A DNA stretch of 64,000 nucleotides, from NCBI GenBank assembly GCA_964247055.1, contig OZ176050.1, positions 7,750,001 through 7,814,000 of the forward strand. The letters run 5' to 3'. The DNA comes from Paragordius varius. Lineage: Eukaryota; Animalia; Nematomorpha. Shown piece by piece: positions 44,453 to 58,616 of the stretch (position 1 is its first letter; each line of letters opens with the position of its first letter). The notes under the pieces were generated by a model. The model was not told the origin of the DNA. It searched no databases and saw nothing but the letters and a program-made list of their open reading frames with translations. The position numbers and the translations under genes were made by a program.

Positions 44453-46082
44453 TAATTTTTAATTTGAAAAATTATGGATTTTCATATTTATGGGATATTC
44501 ACAGAAATTAGATAAATTGATATAAAATGCTGGTGTATGCAAAGAAGGAGAAGGCATCAAAAAATATATATGGTATAAAGAATGCGTATAAGCCAAAATT
44601 AAAGATATCTTTTACTTATTAGTTGTGATATTTTTATTAGTCAGGATGTGATGTATGAGACGTTGAGAATATCTGTGTTTTCATGCACTAACTATTTATA
44701 CATGGTATGTTAAAACATAAGGAAATTTGCCAAAGACTAATCGTTTTTCTATTATTGAATTGCGAAATTACTAATGAAAGAAAAACTGTAAAACTATTCA
44801 TATTGAAAGAAACCTTAATACAAATACGTATTTTTAATTAGAGGAAGGGAAAATTACTTGGGTAAATATTGAAAATAAAATTTAATTAATCAATATATTA
44901 AACACATTCATATTTTTCTACCTTCAAGTTGAGTTAATTGTGAATTATATTATATTTTCGCAGAGATAGGGAATTTAAATTTTAGTAATGAGTGGAATAT
45001 AAGCGTAAATTAAACAAAAAAGTTTTTATTCATCTCTTTCATTTTTGTATGCCACCCAATTTTAATTTTGCGATCTAATTATGAGGTTATTCTGTAACCA
45101 AAGTTTACTCTCAACAAATACTTCATTATAAACTATACTTGTAGTATTAAAAATTAATGTATTATGGTATTGTTTTTGTGTTCTAGCTAAAATCAATAAT
45201 TTAATTAAATCTAAATTACCATACGTATTAAGCATATAAAAATCTTTTATGCAAAATGTTTGATTAATCACATACAATCAATCACCAGGTATGTTCACCA
45301 ACTCGCAGTGACTGAGGAAAGTCCATATTTGGAAATAAATTTACAAGTTTGTTGTAAAATGTGATGTGTACTGTATTGATAGATGCTGATATAACCTTTT
45401 TTAAGAACAAACCGTGAACAAGATAAATATATAAATTATGCCAAATTTAGGATCAAAAAAGTAGTTATCTTAAATATTCGTATTTTTAATAAAACTAACC
45501 AGGTTACAACAAAATATAGGGGTAATGTTGCATATATGAAAAATAAATTAGATAATTAATTTTAAACAGAGAGTTGTGAGGATTTTAGTTATATAATGAT
45601 GGATTATGTTTGAAACTTTTCATATAAAATGGAACACATAATTTTTAATCTTAATTGAAAAGTCACAATTCTTAAGCGAAAGAGGGCCTCTTGCGGCCCG
45701 AGGGCGGGGTTTACTACTGACACATATAATTTTTCCGTTATGGGTTTTTGATTAAGGAGCTATAGTTTATAGCTTTGTTAAAATTTAGAGATTGTAAAAT
45801 TATTTAGAGTAGACACTTCAAATATTTAGAAGTAAATAATAGAAAAAGGCCTTATCTGGATAACTTTATCGTATTTTCTCTTTTACCATGCCTTGAGACT
45901 CTATTATATAGTTTATGGTTTTTACAAGAAGGTTATTTCAATAATTAATAAAATAAATGTTTTTATCTATAGATTAAAAAAATATGTAAATAATTATGCC
46001 TGTGGTTCTCTTCAAATGTTTAAGGTGAATATTCCGAAAAATATTGTTAAATGGAATTCCATTCTAATCGGATACAAAAAAA

Positions 46083-46192
46083 TATACCATTTACATTTCA
46101 TTTCCCTTGAACAATTCATATTCACCCTTAAGTAATTCGAATTCACCCTTGAACAATTCAAACTCACACCGAACAATTCTAATTAACCCTAA
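46083..46192. repeat. ~21-bp tandem array (left arm of a foldback-like element)
   Basis: Units such as ttcacccttgaacaattc; inverted relative to 48829-48900. Confidence 0.75.
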
Positions 46193-46254
46193 AATATATT
46201 GTGTTTTCGGACTAATATAACTCATTTATAATATGATCTCTTTATGGCATAGTT

Positions 46255-48715
46255 CAGTGGTACTCACCGAAAAAAATTGACGGGCCAAATATAATATATT
46301 TTTTTTTCAAGGGCCATGAACCTAATAATGGCAATTATTCCATAGCTATTTGACACATATGCATATATTTATACTCTAAATCAGTACAATGAATTTTTCG
46401 CGGATCTCATGTAAATCCAGCTAAAAACTGGTTTTGCACCATTTAGTTTAAAAAATTAAGGTAAATTGATAACAACATTTATTTTGATATTAACCAATAA
46501 TTTTTGACAAATTTGGTTTCCCCTGATGACAAGCCAATCTTAATCCGTCGTCCATTTGATCATTGGTTAAGCGATTGCTGTATGCATTCTTGCCATACTT
46601 CATTTTTAAATATGCCTTCTCTTACGTGTAAGTTGAGGGAAAAACAGTTAGGATTACTTCAGCACATTTTTTATATTTTCATTTTATTTGGCACATCTTG
46701 CCAATACTCTACATATCTTTCTTTCTTCGATACGATTCTCCTTAAATAAAGCCTCCAAATTGGAATCATTTTTTAAATCTACGAATTCTTCAATAATATC
46801 TGCCTGATCAAAACGGAAATGCTCAAGTTGCTTAATATTGGATATATCTATATGCCATGGATTTTCAACAAGTTTTAAGCAATTTTTAATATTTCTTAAT
46901 TCTTGAAATCTGAATTTCATTTCATTAGAAAAAAATGATAAATGATTGTTTATTATAATTCTCCGAAATTCCATATTTTCTTTTTGAATCGTTATAAGTG
47001 TTGGAAAATATAGGAGTGTTTTATTAAAATCTTGTTTCTATATTATTAATTTTTCTTCAAAAGCAAATATTTGATTAGCAAATTGGGTTATTATTTTGCT
47101 CCCTTGAAGACGTGTATTAAAAATACTTAGTTTATAAGTAATGTCGCAAAGGTAGGCAAAACCCACCATTTGTCACTATAAATTTCCTAGTCAAATTTTC
47201 TGTCTTCTTTTATAAATAATAGAATTTCATGTCTTAAAACAAAAAATATATTTAATACTTTGCTAAGGCTTAGCCATCTCACAGCGGTGTACAAAAGAAT
47301 ATGATTAAACTCACTACGGAAATCGTTCAGAAGGTTTTTAAATTTACGGCGGTTGAATTCTCTGCACGGATGTGGTTAACTATATACACAACCGTTTTAA
47401 TTACTGAATTGAGTGATTCATCTTTTACACGCGCAACCAAGATTTGCTGATGAATAAGCAGTGAAAGGATAAAATATTTTGCAAATCATAATCGTTTTTT
47501 AAAAGAGGAATAAATCCTTTGTTTATTCCAATCATAGAGGGACAGCTATGTATCCAGATCGAAACCAATTTTTTCATAGATATATTATTATTATTATTAT
47601 GGGAAAAAAAGCTAATTACAAGAAACTCTATTCCTTTCCTGGTATTCTTCATTGATAAAAATTTTAAATATTCCTCGTTGATTATGTTGTCGTTGAAAAT
47701 GGTGTTGAACTAATATCAGTGCTAGAATCAATAGCAATACTATATTTGCAGTTTCATAGAAATGTATTGTTAAAAATATTTTAGACATATCTTCAATGCG
47801 TCGAGCACATGTTGAATCAGAAAGTTGAAGTTTTCTTAATTTGCCTCATGACTTGTATCATGGAATTTAGTAAATAAAAAAGTGAAACTTGGGAATCAGT
47901 AAACGGGTCCATATTTTTTTTCCTAAATATATAAATTTCATACGAAGCTAATGTTACAGCTCTTTTTGTGGTAGAAAGCTATGGACACAATAGATTTTCA
48001 TTTCTGGTATACCTTAATCTTTTAATATTATTGTTTCTTTCTTCATGATTTTCTGGTAATTTATGAGAATGATGTATTGTAAAATGTTTTTCAATATTGT
48101 ATTTCTTATGTTTTCTTTACATATGCAGGTAACAACATTTTTATTTAAAACGACAAAGAATTTTTCTTCTTGATCTTTTTAAAAAAGCGATTTTATCGGA
48201 TAATTTACGTTTTTTAGCATTAGATGTCACACCTTGAAATTATGTTTAAATATTATGTATTTTTTCAAAAATATAGGAGTATAAATTGTATGCTATAAAA
48301 ATAACAGATCGAAATTATGTTGATTTGAAAAATATTTATGGGAATGAGTTATAAAAATAATGCAGGATAGCAATGAAAATATGTAGCAAGTTTGAGTAAA
48401 AGGCTTCTTAAATACAAAAATACAATAAAATTCAAAATAGAAAAGAAAATGGAATACAGAAACAGAAACAACATGTGCCAAAATTATGAAATCCTTTTGA
48501 TGTGGGGAGATTTTTCTACATTTAAAATTGGGTAAAAATAATTACCAAAATTAAAACTAAATAAATAAATTAATATTAAAATAAGCGAAAATCGATTATG
48601 TGTATTTAAAAAATTCATCTATAAAAAAAATAATTTAAGTATTATGGTCATAGGGCAATTTTAAAGCACTCTTAGGGCCGCATGCGGCCCGCTGGCCGCT
48701 GTTTGAGTATCACTG
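46255..48715 (-). mobile_element. hAT (Charlie/GTF2IRD2-like) transposon with pseudogenised transposase
   Basis: TIRs cagtggtactca / tgagtatcactg; perfect 8-bp TSD GCATAGTT (46247-46254, 48716-48723); transposase fragments such as FRFQEL...LVENPW...EEFVDLKND; multiple frameshifts. Confidence 0.9.
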
Positions 48716-48828
48716 GCATAGTTTATTATTTCTTCAGTATTATTTGAATTTTAAACGTAATTTCATTTTTTTAAAATATAAATAAAAATATAGGTAATTT
48801 TTAATCTTAATAACCACATAATTTATTT

Positions 48829-48900
48829 AAGGGTGAATTTGAATTGTTCAAGGGTGATTTCGAATTGTTTGAGGGTGAATTTGAAGTGTAAATGGTATAT
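48829..48900. repeat. ~21-bp tandem array (right arm)
   Basis: gggtgaatttgaattgttcaa units ending gaagtgtaaatggtatat. Confidence 0.75.
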
Positions 48901-49614
48901 CATATACTCAATTTTTTAAAAAAATAATATAAACAACAAATTTTTTAATTATGATGGTCATTCAATTTAAGTGGAAAACCTTAAAAAATGTTTATACAAT
49001 AAACTTTAATAAAAATTAAAACAATAAATTTTATTTTTAAAAATAAGAACATATGTGGACCACTTATTTTGAAGGTGGAACAGAACCAGATTGGTTCCTG
49101 GACGGTTGTAACCGGTTCCTTCTAGAATCTCATGAACTAAATTCTGGTTCAAAATTTTTTAAAAGTCTGGGGTAAAAAAACACCCCGAAAGGTAATGAAG
49201 TGTTAAATCATTTTAATGTAAATTTCTTTTTATTATTGAAATTTATATTACAATTTATATTTTAAGAATAATAAAAGTATCAATATGTTTTGGCTATTTT
49301 ATATTGTATAGAAGTAATTAAACTTAAAATTTCAATCACTTGATCTAGTGTGTCCAACACGCGGTGATTTGGATAAATACTAGTTCTATAATTTGCTAAA
49401 GATGCTAGTTTCAAAATATGATATTTTAACAAATTTTCTAAGGTCTTTTGAAATATTGAATTGCCAACAAAATAGCGAAAATTGGTGAAATAGAAGTATC
49501 GTAAGTCTTCTGCTTGAAATTAATTAAATCCGGTTCACAAAAGCCATGTGTTTGAATACCACTGCATTTGACCAAAATATCGAACCTTAAGCAAATTTTC
49601 AGCAAATATAATTA

Positions 49615-51800
49615 CACTGTGCAACACGATTTTTAGACCAGAGTGAAAATCACTACATCTTATAGAGAATTTTTTTCTGAAAATAATGATATATTTAATA
49701 TTTTCCTAGCACTTTTTCGCGAGCCGCTAAAAGGTTTCAAAAATCCAAAAACCATCAAAAATGCCTGTTTTTGTAACCCTATAATTTTTTGAATTTTATA
49801 GCTTATTATTTATTTTTTGGAGGATATTACAAATTATATTTTAAAATTCATGTAACATTTTAAAATTTTTAAAAGTCTCTACTACTTTTTGATTTATTTA
49901 GAAAAAATGAAACTTAGCTCCAAAAAAATAGCGTTTCAAAACAATGAAAAATTAAGAGCCGTGCAGGCAACATACCATTTTTTATACATAACAAAATGGA
50001 AAAATTTCATGTTTAATTAAAAAATGTAAATATTAATTTTAGGAATGAATTAGTATATTTATAGTATAATTAATAAAATAATAAATATATAATATTAATT
50101 TGATATATATTATTTATAAATAAGAAATACTTTTAAACATGCTTATTTATTATGTATTGTACGTGATTATATGAATCATGATATTTTGTTTTTTAATATA
50201 CGAAAGTTTTTTTCAACAAATAAAAATATAAACATGCAAATAAATATAAACTGAAATGTTGAACTAACAGAGCAAAAAAGGCATTCATTTGTTTTTTTCT
50301 TTCATAATAAATATATTCGTATATTGTGTCTTAATTAAAAATATTTTAATATATTTATAATTTTGAAATCATTTCTGTATTAAATTTTTTAAAACCTTAG
50401 TAGTTTATAAATAAATTTACTTTAAAATAATAACAAAAATATATAATAACATAATTGAAATATTACTAAAAATCATATAATATTAATTCAAACACAGAGT
50501 TTATTATCCATTAACATTAATAAATTTAAAAATATTATCATTTTATTAAATTTATTATTATAACATTAACACTTCGATTCAAATTGGGGTATCTAAATAC
50601 CCCAGACTAAATTTAAATTAATATTTTTAAAAAATACAGAAGGAAACGGTCCCAATTTAAATTTATGCTTCTATCTTGATAAAAATTATATAAATATGCC
50701 AAAATATCTTGATAAAATTTTGTTTTGAAAAAAAAGTTCCATCTCAAACTTCGACGCCATTTTTATTTTACAAAATTTTTGCAAAATATCGTCTTCATTT
50801 GATTTTAAAGGTAAAACTAAAGCTAATTTTTTATATAATTTACATCTAACATTGATTGAAATAGAAAAGCGGTTTATTTTGTATTATTTTTTAATTTTAC
50901 AATTTGACACATGTCACGTTGACGAAATTTTTACCTTTGGGTTTAGCTTAAAATAAGTAATATCAAGTATTATTGTTTTTTATATATTTCGGTTTATAAA
51001 TGTTATATAAGTGCAAAATTTTGCCATGGTTTTGAATATTTCCATACTTTTTAAAGTATTTGTTTTTAAAAAGGCCTGGGGTATCCAACTACCCCAATTT
51101 GAATCGAAGGACTAAAATGAGTGTGTTGTATCCAAGTGTTAAATATATATACTATTTTTCATATTTATAAAAAAGCAATTAATTTTATTACAGTCATGTA
51201 TATGTAGAATTGACAGAAATTCGTTTTTAAATGATTACAATTTGTTTTTAATTGTTTTAATGTTTGATATGTCAACTTTCAACATGCGCATTTTTAAGCA
51301 TTAAAACAATAATAGCTTATTTATTGTAAACAATTAAAAACAAAGTAAAATCAATTAAAAACGTATATCTGACAATTCTAAACATACATGACTGTATTTT
51401 AGTAATGTATAATGAAAAGCTGTCAATCAAATGATGCCAGTATGTCTCTTAATTTTTCATTGTTTTGAAACGCTATTTTTTTGGAGCTAAGTTTCGTTTT
51501 TTCCAAATAAATCAAAAAGTAGTAGAGACTTTTAAAAATTTTAAAATGTTACATGAATTTTAAAATATAATTTGTAATATCCCCCCAAAAAAATATAATA
51601 AGCTATATAATTCAAAAAGTTATAGGGTTACAAAAACAGGCATTTTTGATGGTTTTTGGATTTTTGAAACCTTTTAGCGGCTCGTGAAAAAGTGCTAGGA
51701 AAATATTAAATATATCATTATTTTCAGAAAAAAATTCTCTATAAGATGTCGTAATTTTCACTCTGGTCGAAAAGAAAAGGATAAAATTTGTTGCACAGTG
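49615..51800. mobile_element. Non-autonomous long-TIR element, CACTG termini with 3-bp TTA TSD (CMC/Chapaev3-like)
   Basis: TTA-cactgtgcaac...gttgcacagtg-TTA; ~350-bp near-identical inverted arms 49615-49958 and 51446-51800; no ORF; nested T1 MITE. Confidence 0.85.
50566..51142 (-). mobile_element. T1 TTAA-MITE (full length, nested)
   Basis: TTAA at 50566-50569 and 51139-51142; reverse complement of 301-885. Confidence 0.9.
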
Positions 51801-52154
51801 TTATTAGAAGCGGCATCGAGAAACGATCCAAAAAATAGAACAGACAAAAAAATGATTTAAAAACTTTTAACTGTTCCAAACCCTAGTAATTATTATTTTT
51901 ATTGACACGATATCAGATTTTCTGCACTCAGTGTATTTTTGGATCTGATTAAATTCAAGAAAAAACTTTGATTGCCATTGATCTTCTTCTGATGTTAAAA
52001 TCCCAGAATATAATTTAGAAAACGGATTTAAATCTAAGAAGCTATTATTTGGTTCGCATGGTTTAATTTTATATATGAGGAAAATCTTACGCCAATTTAA
52101 TAAATATGGTCTATAGATTAATAAAACTTTCAAATCAATAATTTATATCCTATA

Positions 52155-52752
52155 CTAGCGTAGATCTCGTGCTGCTACGCAGCCCGAGAAAGTCCTTCGG
52201 ACTTAGGGGGGAGGGGGCTATTTGAAATAAGGGACAATAAAATGATCCACATATGTGGATTATATCGAAACATTATTTAATAGATATGATTTTATAGGAA
52301 TTTTAAAACGGTGCGTTCAGAGTAATATACTGTTTACTTGGGGGAAAAATTGATTTAAAAAATTATTTTTGTGGACTTTGTTTTTTGAAAAAAATGGCAT
52401 TTTACGGGGGGAGCGGTTAAAAAGAGGGCCTAAATCAAAAAAGCGAAATGACTATGTTTGGCGCAATCGAAAATAAGTACACAAAAATGATATTTGAAAT
52501 TGAATGGACCAACACGTTCTCCAGAAAATTGTCTCAAAGACACGATTTTTGTGGACTTCTGTTTTCAAAAATAACCCGTTTTTCACACGGGGTGGGCCCG
52601 AACTGGGGGGCTATTTCAAAAAAACGGGCGAAGCTATTGTCGGGGCATTCATCAATGATTATATTTTTTCGACATTTGGATTTGAATGAGTCTACCGGTT
52701 TTCCGGTACCAGATCACAAAGCCAGCATTTTCCATTATTATAAATATATAGA
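52155..52752 (-). mobile_element. Non-autonomous Helitron (family H1), second copy
   Basis: Reverse complement of 30357-30868, with A|TC start, same hairpin and CTAG|T end. Confidence 0.85.
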
Positions 52753-54025
52753 TTATACGCCTTTTCGATACAGGCCATTTATATTTTTTGCGAAATGTGT
52801 AGCTTAAATTTTTGAATTCGTCTTTTTTAGAATAAACTAAAATGATAATTCCAGTAAAAATGGAACAAAAGAAATCAAGACATTTATATACATAATGAGC
52901 TTCAAACCAGGCCCAAAAAGAGAAAAATCGGCATCAAGGAATTAAGAGATTAAAACTAGAAATAAATAGCAGCAAAACACATTCTTATTCTAAAACATTT
53001 CAATATGTCGGGAAAAAATATAAAATATGGCTAAATAAACATTATATTTATTTTTAGATAGATTTATCACACATATTTCTTATAATCAGTAAAATAAAAT
53101 ATTAGTTTATCGTTTTGCATAAAATACGATGGAAGGTCTAAATAACACCAATCAATACTGAAATTGGTTGCACGAGTCAAAGCAAGGTTTTCGAATCCCA
53201 ATAGAATCCATCAATCGTTCTGCTATCTATATGCATAGTATGAAACAAATATAATAATAACTATAATTGCAATCAACTTGCAAATATTATATCCTTTTGG
53301 ATTGGACATCATAATAAAATTTTGACATCTTGCCCGAAAGGAAATTAAAATTATAATATATACCGTTGAATAAAGAACATCATTAAAGTATATCAAGACT
53401 ATCCACAGAAGATGTCCATTTCTGCTGTCCTTTCATATCGCAATTCATAAGATTCAAAAATTTCAATCGTGTAATCCAACAACAAAGGAAATAATTATTT
53501 ATAAACATAAAATTGTAAGACAGATGTAATAATTGTATTTTATCATTGGTAATCTCTTTGACTAGATAATTTAATTTTAGAAAGTTAAAAAATATCATTT
53601 TAGCAGAAAATTTTTAATTTTTAGTTTTAAAATCTGATTTATTTAATTTTTGGTATAATAGGAATCTATACGTTAAAAACTATAAAATATGTTCTTTTAT
53701 ACATACAAGCGAAAAATAAATAATTAATTTTTAACCAAAAAAACATTCACATTGGTTAAAATTAAGCTCTTGGTTACACATCTACCCCAAAATATAATAT
53801 ACAGAAAATATGTCATAGAGTTAATATTATGATAATAAGCTAAATTTAAAAAATCATTCCATCACAGGCTTATTATTCACCAACATGTAAAATAGGCAAA
53901 ATACCTAATCTTCGATTACTTTTTGCCTTCAGGTTAAAATAAATTAAATTAAGGCATAGAAATTAACTTTAAAAAGTCTTGAATTACCAACAGAGAATTT
54001 GATAATTGTTATTGATGTAGGATAT

Positions 54026-56372
54026 AAGGCTGACCATATTTTTGAAGGAAAAAACGGGACAAATCTGAGAAGGGGGTGCAATTAAAAAATTTTTATAAAA
54101 TTTATTGTAATATTTATTTATTTTTAACATAAATACATTATAAATATAAAAAATATTTAATTCTTTGGTATATTTTTTATATGAGTTAATGCGTTCTAGC
54201 AGATTGTCATCATTTTTTTAAAATATTGTAGAAGTCTTCACCAGAATTTGTCAAATTGAATCTGACAGATAAAATGGCCTTTACTTTAAAATTTAAATTT
54301 GATTCGATGTCCACACCTGATTTACCGTGGAGAAAACGCGCTCAGTAGCAGCGTTGGTTCCAGGTAAAGATAGTGCGAATTCCACAATTTTTAAAATATT
54401 ATTGTATGGAACATAGTTTTTTTCAAAATGATGAAATGTTTCTACCATTTCTTTTCTACTGTATTTTTTTCTGTTGTCCATAATTTGAGTTTTACATTAT
54501 TAATATATTTAACTAATGATACTTCAGAAAAAAGAATATTTTCTGAAAAATTACTTTTGGGAATTTTCGGAAGATGCAGATATAATCAAATGATTTTTGA
54601 ACATCGCACCAATTAAATTCTGGTTTTAATGTTATCCAATGAAATATGATCAATTTCATTGAATTGCACCGTCCAGCCTTCCAAATAATCTTTACAGTTT
54701 GTGTAAACATTTTTATATGGTACAAAATATCTTGGCGATATAATAAGCCATGTTTTGTAAAGTATTTATAATATTGCGGATGATTAATGGAATAAAATTA
54801 TTTTCTAACCTTTCTTGATATTGAAATTTTAGGATACTTACTTCATTGGCTACTTCGATTGCCGAAATTTTGTCAATCACTATCAATTATTTTGAAAGAG
54901 AGAAGCCTTATAATGTAGCAACTCTAACCATATTTTTGAAGAATACTTTCAAAAAACTTTCCAAAATTTTAGGACATTTGTCCTGTAATAAAAAATAGGA
55001 TTTTAAAGGATCATACATTTTTAAAAATTTCACCTAACAAGTTTTACAATATCCAAGCATTTTTTTATATTAAACTTCTGCATTTTCACAGAATTCCTTA
55101 AGTGTTTTAACGCGTACCGTGTATAAATAGAAATAGGAATATATTTCAACTACTACATTTTCCACATCTATGGATAACAAATCAGCAGCTGTTTGAATAG
55201 CGTTGTGTATTATATGCGCTCCCACCCAACGCCAATATTGTTTTGATTAAGATTATCTGCTAATTTAGGAAAAATATTTTTTGTCTCACCCTTGCTTTTT
55301 TACCGAAGTTCGTATTGGTGTTGTCAGCGCAATATGCGATGATTTTGTCTTTTAAATTATTTTTTCCAGAATATCAATATTGAAGTAAAAATTATGTCGG
55401 AATATTCACCGGGTAGCGAAATAAAATTTAAAATTTTAATTTTTACTCCGGTTTCTGGAGCAAAGTATCCTTTTAAAAAAATAATTTTGTTTCTTTTTGA
55501 TTTAATGCATCAGAGTATAGCGATATGAAATTAATTTTCAGCAAATCTTTTTGTATTTCAGAAAATGCATGTGGCGAAAGGACATTGCATACAATGGCCT
55601 CAAGCTTTGTACGAGCACATGTAAATTTTTTATTGAATAAGGTGTGAATAACCTGTGAGGTACAATCCATAGATCTAAAGGAATGATTGTGATTAACGGC
55701 GTGAAAAGATAAAACGCCTTTGGCTAGTGCCAGATTCTTTTCTTCCTCTCCAAAAGCGGTTTTTCGAAAAAAATAGCTCATTTTGTAAGATGATGCCGCC
55801 ATATCTAAACATTTTTTATGTTTCTGTGATTCCATATGCTTAATATCATGCTTGCCGCCATGTGCTAGGGTAATTCCCCCTCGCATAAAGAACAATTATC
55901 AAATGATTCATTCTTTGTTTTTTTTAATAAAAGGAATTTCTTTCATTGATACATCGTCCAATTTACAACCTCTTTTTGTACTTATATTTTTAAAATAATA
56001 GATAAAAATTATATTACCTTAATTTTTTGGAGACGTATAAGCTACCGATTTGTGGTATTAATTTGTCCTTTCGATAATGTTGGCAAAAAGAGTAGGAAGC
56101 AAAGTGTATAATCATATGATATAAATTCGAAAAAAATAAATATTTTTATTTTAAAAATAAAAAAAATTAATAAAAACATAGATTATAAAGATGACTAATG
56201 ATAAAAAATTTAAACGGATAAAAAAAATTAATTTTTTATAAAAAATTTAAATGTATTTAAAAATTTTTTTTATATATACGTGAAAAAGCAGATTTCATAA
56301 ACGTAGCGGTACGCGGGACAAAGTGTGAAAAAGCGGGACTGTCCCGTTAAAAACGGACGTCTGGTCACCCTA
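54026..56372 (-). mobile_element. hAT (Blackjack-like) transposon with decayed transposase
   Basis: TIR (t)agggtgacca at 56372 and aggctgacca at 54027; subterminal cgggac repeats; peptides HGGKHDIKHMESQKH...FHAVNHNHSFRSMDC...CARTKLEAIVCNVL (55473-55895) and dimerisation-domain SLPGTNAATERVFS (54293-54481); only a partial TSD (gatata). Confidence 0.8.
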
Positions 56373-58616
56373 GATATACCGTTATATGAATGCACACAAT
56401 GATGGAATGAAGACAGCCTAATAAGGTCTGTTGCTATATATCTCTGCAATTTTTACCTTCTCCTGTTGGGTCTAACATGGCCGCTTTTTCCATGTATCTG
56501 CTCTCATCACATTACCGAAAGATTTTAGTTGCAATGGTTGTATTATTATTGAGACCTTTATATTTTGGTAAATAAAATCAAAAGCCTAACATTTATGATA
56601 AAATAAAATAATAGGTATTTAGTGTTAAAGCATTACATTTTAATTTTTTTACACGATGACATGGGATATTTTCTACAGAGCTTAAAGTAGGAAACAGGCT
56701 ATTGTTTTGTAATTAATTAAAATATAATTATCAAAATCGCCTGTATTAGATAAAAAAATATAAAAATTACAGTTTTTTAATTTCTAAAGTCCCATATTCA
56801 GACTGCTCCAAAACACGATGGATACGAACAGCTTATATTGAAAACGATGAACGAAAATTTGACATTTTGTTATTTAAAAACCTTCCGAAATTTATTATTT
56901 TTATTTTTTAACCATAAATATACACTTATTCACCTGTTGCGTTCACGATTTAATAAATTCAAAGACAAATGGCCATGAAAAAGTTTAAGAGGGATTTTTC
57001 TTAATCATGTGCCTAAAAGGCTAAAGATAGTATTTTTATTCTGGCCTAAAGCTATAAATATTATTTAAGGTATTTTAATTTTAAATGGCCCTGTGGTAAG
57101 AAATAGCCAAAAAGGACATTAAGGGTTAAAATTGCCCTTTGCCTTATGATATATGGCAATAATGAATGAAAAACTAGCAATGTATACCTGCTCAGACTTT
57201 ATAAGATGAATGTTAAAAAAACAAATAAGTTTGTCGCAGTAGCCACTACTCCGATTTAGTATCTATGTAATAATACCCAAAAATAATAGTAATCAGTTTA
57301 TAATATTTATGGGTCAACGGATCTTTGTAAAGGCTGAATATAGTACAACATAAAAGTCTTTTTGTACCAGGCAAAAAGTTCCTGGTCCAACGAAGCTTAT
57401 TACATAAAAATGAAATATTTGGCTTTAATGTGGAATGGTATAAACTAGGATTTTTAAACCAAGCCTTATTTCAAAACGTCTTTAATTTTAGTACTTTTTA
57501 TTCGCTTATAGTGATTGGTTACAAATCATGATCCGAAATTGTTAAAGTTAAAAAATGACAAAATTGAGCAAAAGACTTTCAATATATCACATACCTTATT
57601 ATATAATATTGATTGGATGAAGGCATGTCAATTAATATAATAAATTAATTATATATTTTTTTTAACAATATGTTTTTAAAGTTTATAAATTGCTGTAGAT
57701 ATAGATGAAACGACCAATAAAAAATTTAACAGTATTTCAGATTTTTATGCGTTATTGAAGATAGGGAACCCAAAAAAACTATTTAAACGTTGAAAACAAT
57801 CGTTCTAATCTAAGCAAACACAAATACGAACCCAATCCAAATCGGCTCTTAGTATATATAATTTGTTTTTTATGTCAAAAAACTGAAATTACGTATCTGG
57901 TTTAGCTTTGACCTACGTTTCATTTAAAATCAGCAATATACGGGTTACAAAGGTTATTTGGTTTTGCAGCCTAAAATTAAAAGTCAATGCTTATCGGATA
58001 TAATTAATATAAAAGCTGTGGCCGTTGAACACCGATGCCTAGAAATTTAGCAATGTTGTAAATTTCAAAATTATCTGAATTGATTCCAAATTTTATGTAA
58101 AAAAGGTTACGATGACATTCGTAATAATGTGATTGTTTTTCCATAGTTGTGGATATCACTGCACAAATGAGTAAATTTCCTTTAACTTTTTATTATCTTT
58201 TCATTTTTTTTGGGATGATTACATTTTGGGCAGTTTTGGCCCAAGGGTTAAGGTTTGTAAAACTACTATGTTGTAAGATGTTTTGGTTAACATTATCAAA
58301 CGTTGTTCTGCTGATTTTAAGAGTGGAAATATTTGGCTTATCAGTTGCAGATTACATATATTAACATATAGGTTACAACAGACCATAAGACAAGAGTAGC
58401 GATATAAAAGAACTCAAAGAAAAAAATAGCGGCAAAAAAGTTTCTGAGGGTTTTTTACAATTCTGCATATTTTATATAGCTCTAGCTAGTCTATAGAACT
58501 AGTCGAAAGGTATTGAAGTGTTAAAGATGGAAAAATTATTTATTTTTTGAATTTTTTACAGGAAAGAAACTATAGAACATTTCTAAAATAATTACTGAAT
58601 AAAAAAAACCCATGAT

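Noticed and set aside
45314-45324. GAGGAAAGTCC (RNase P/MRP-like motif) and overlapping CTGAGGA (hammerhead-like core)
   Set aside because: No complementary P4 partner or hammerhead stem II could be found nearby; most likely chance.
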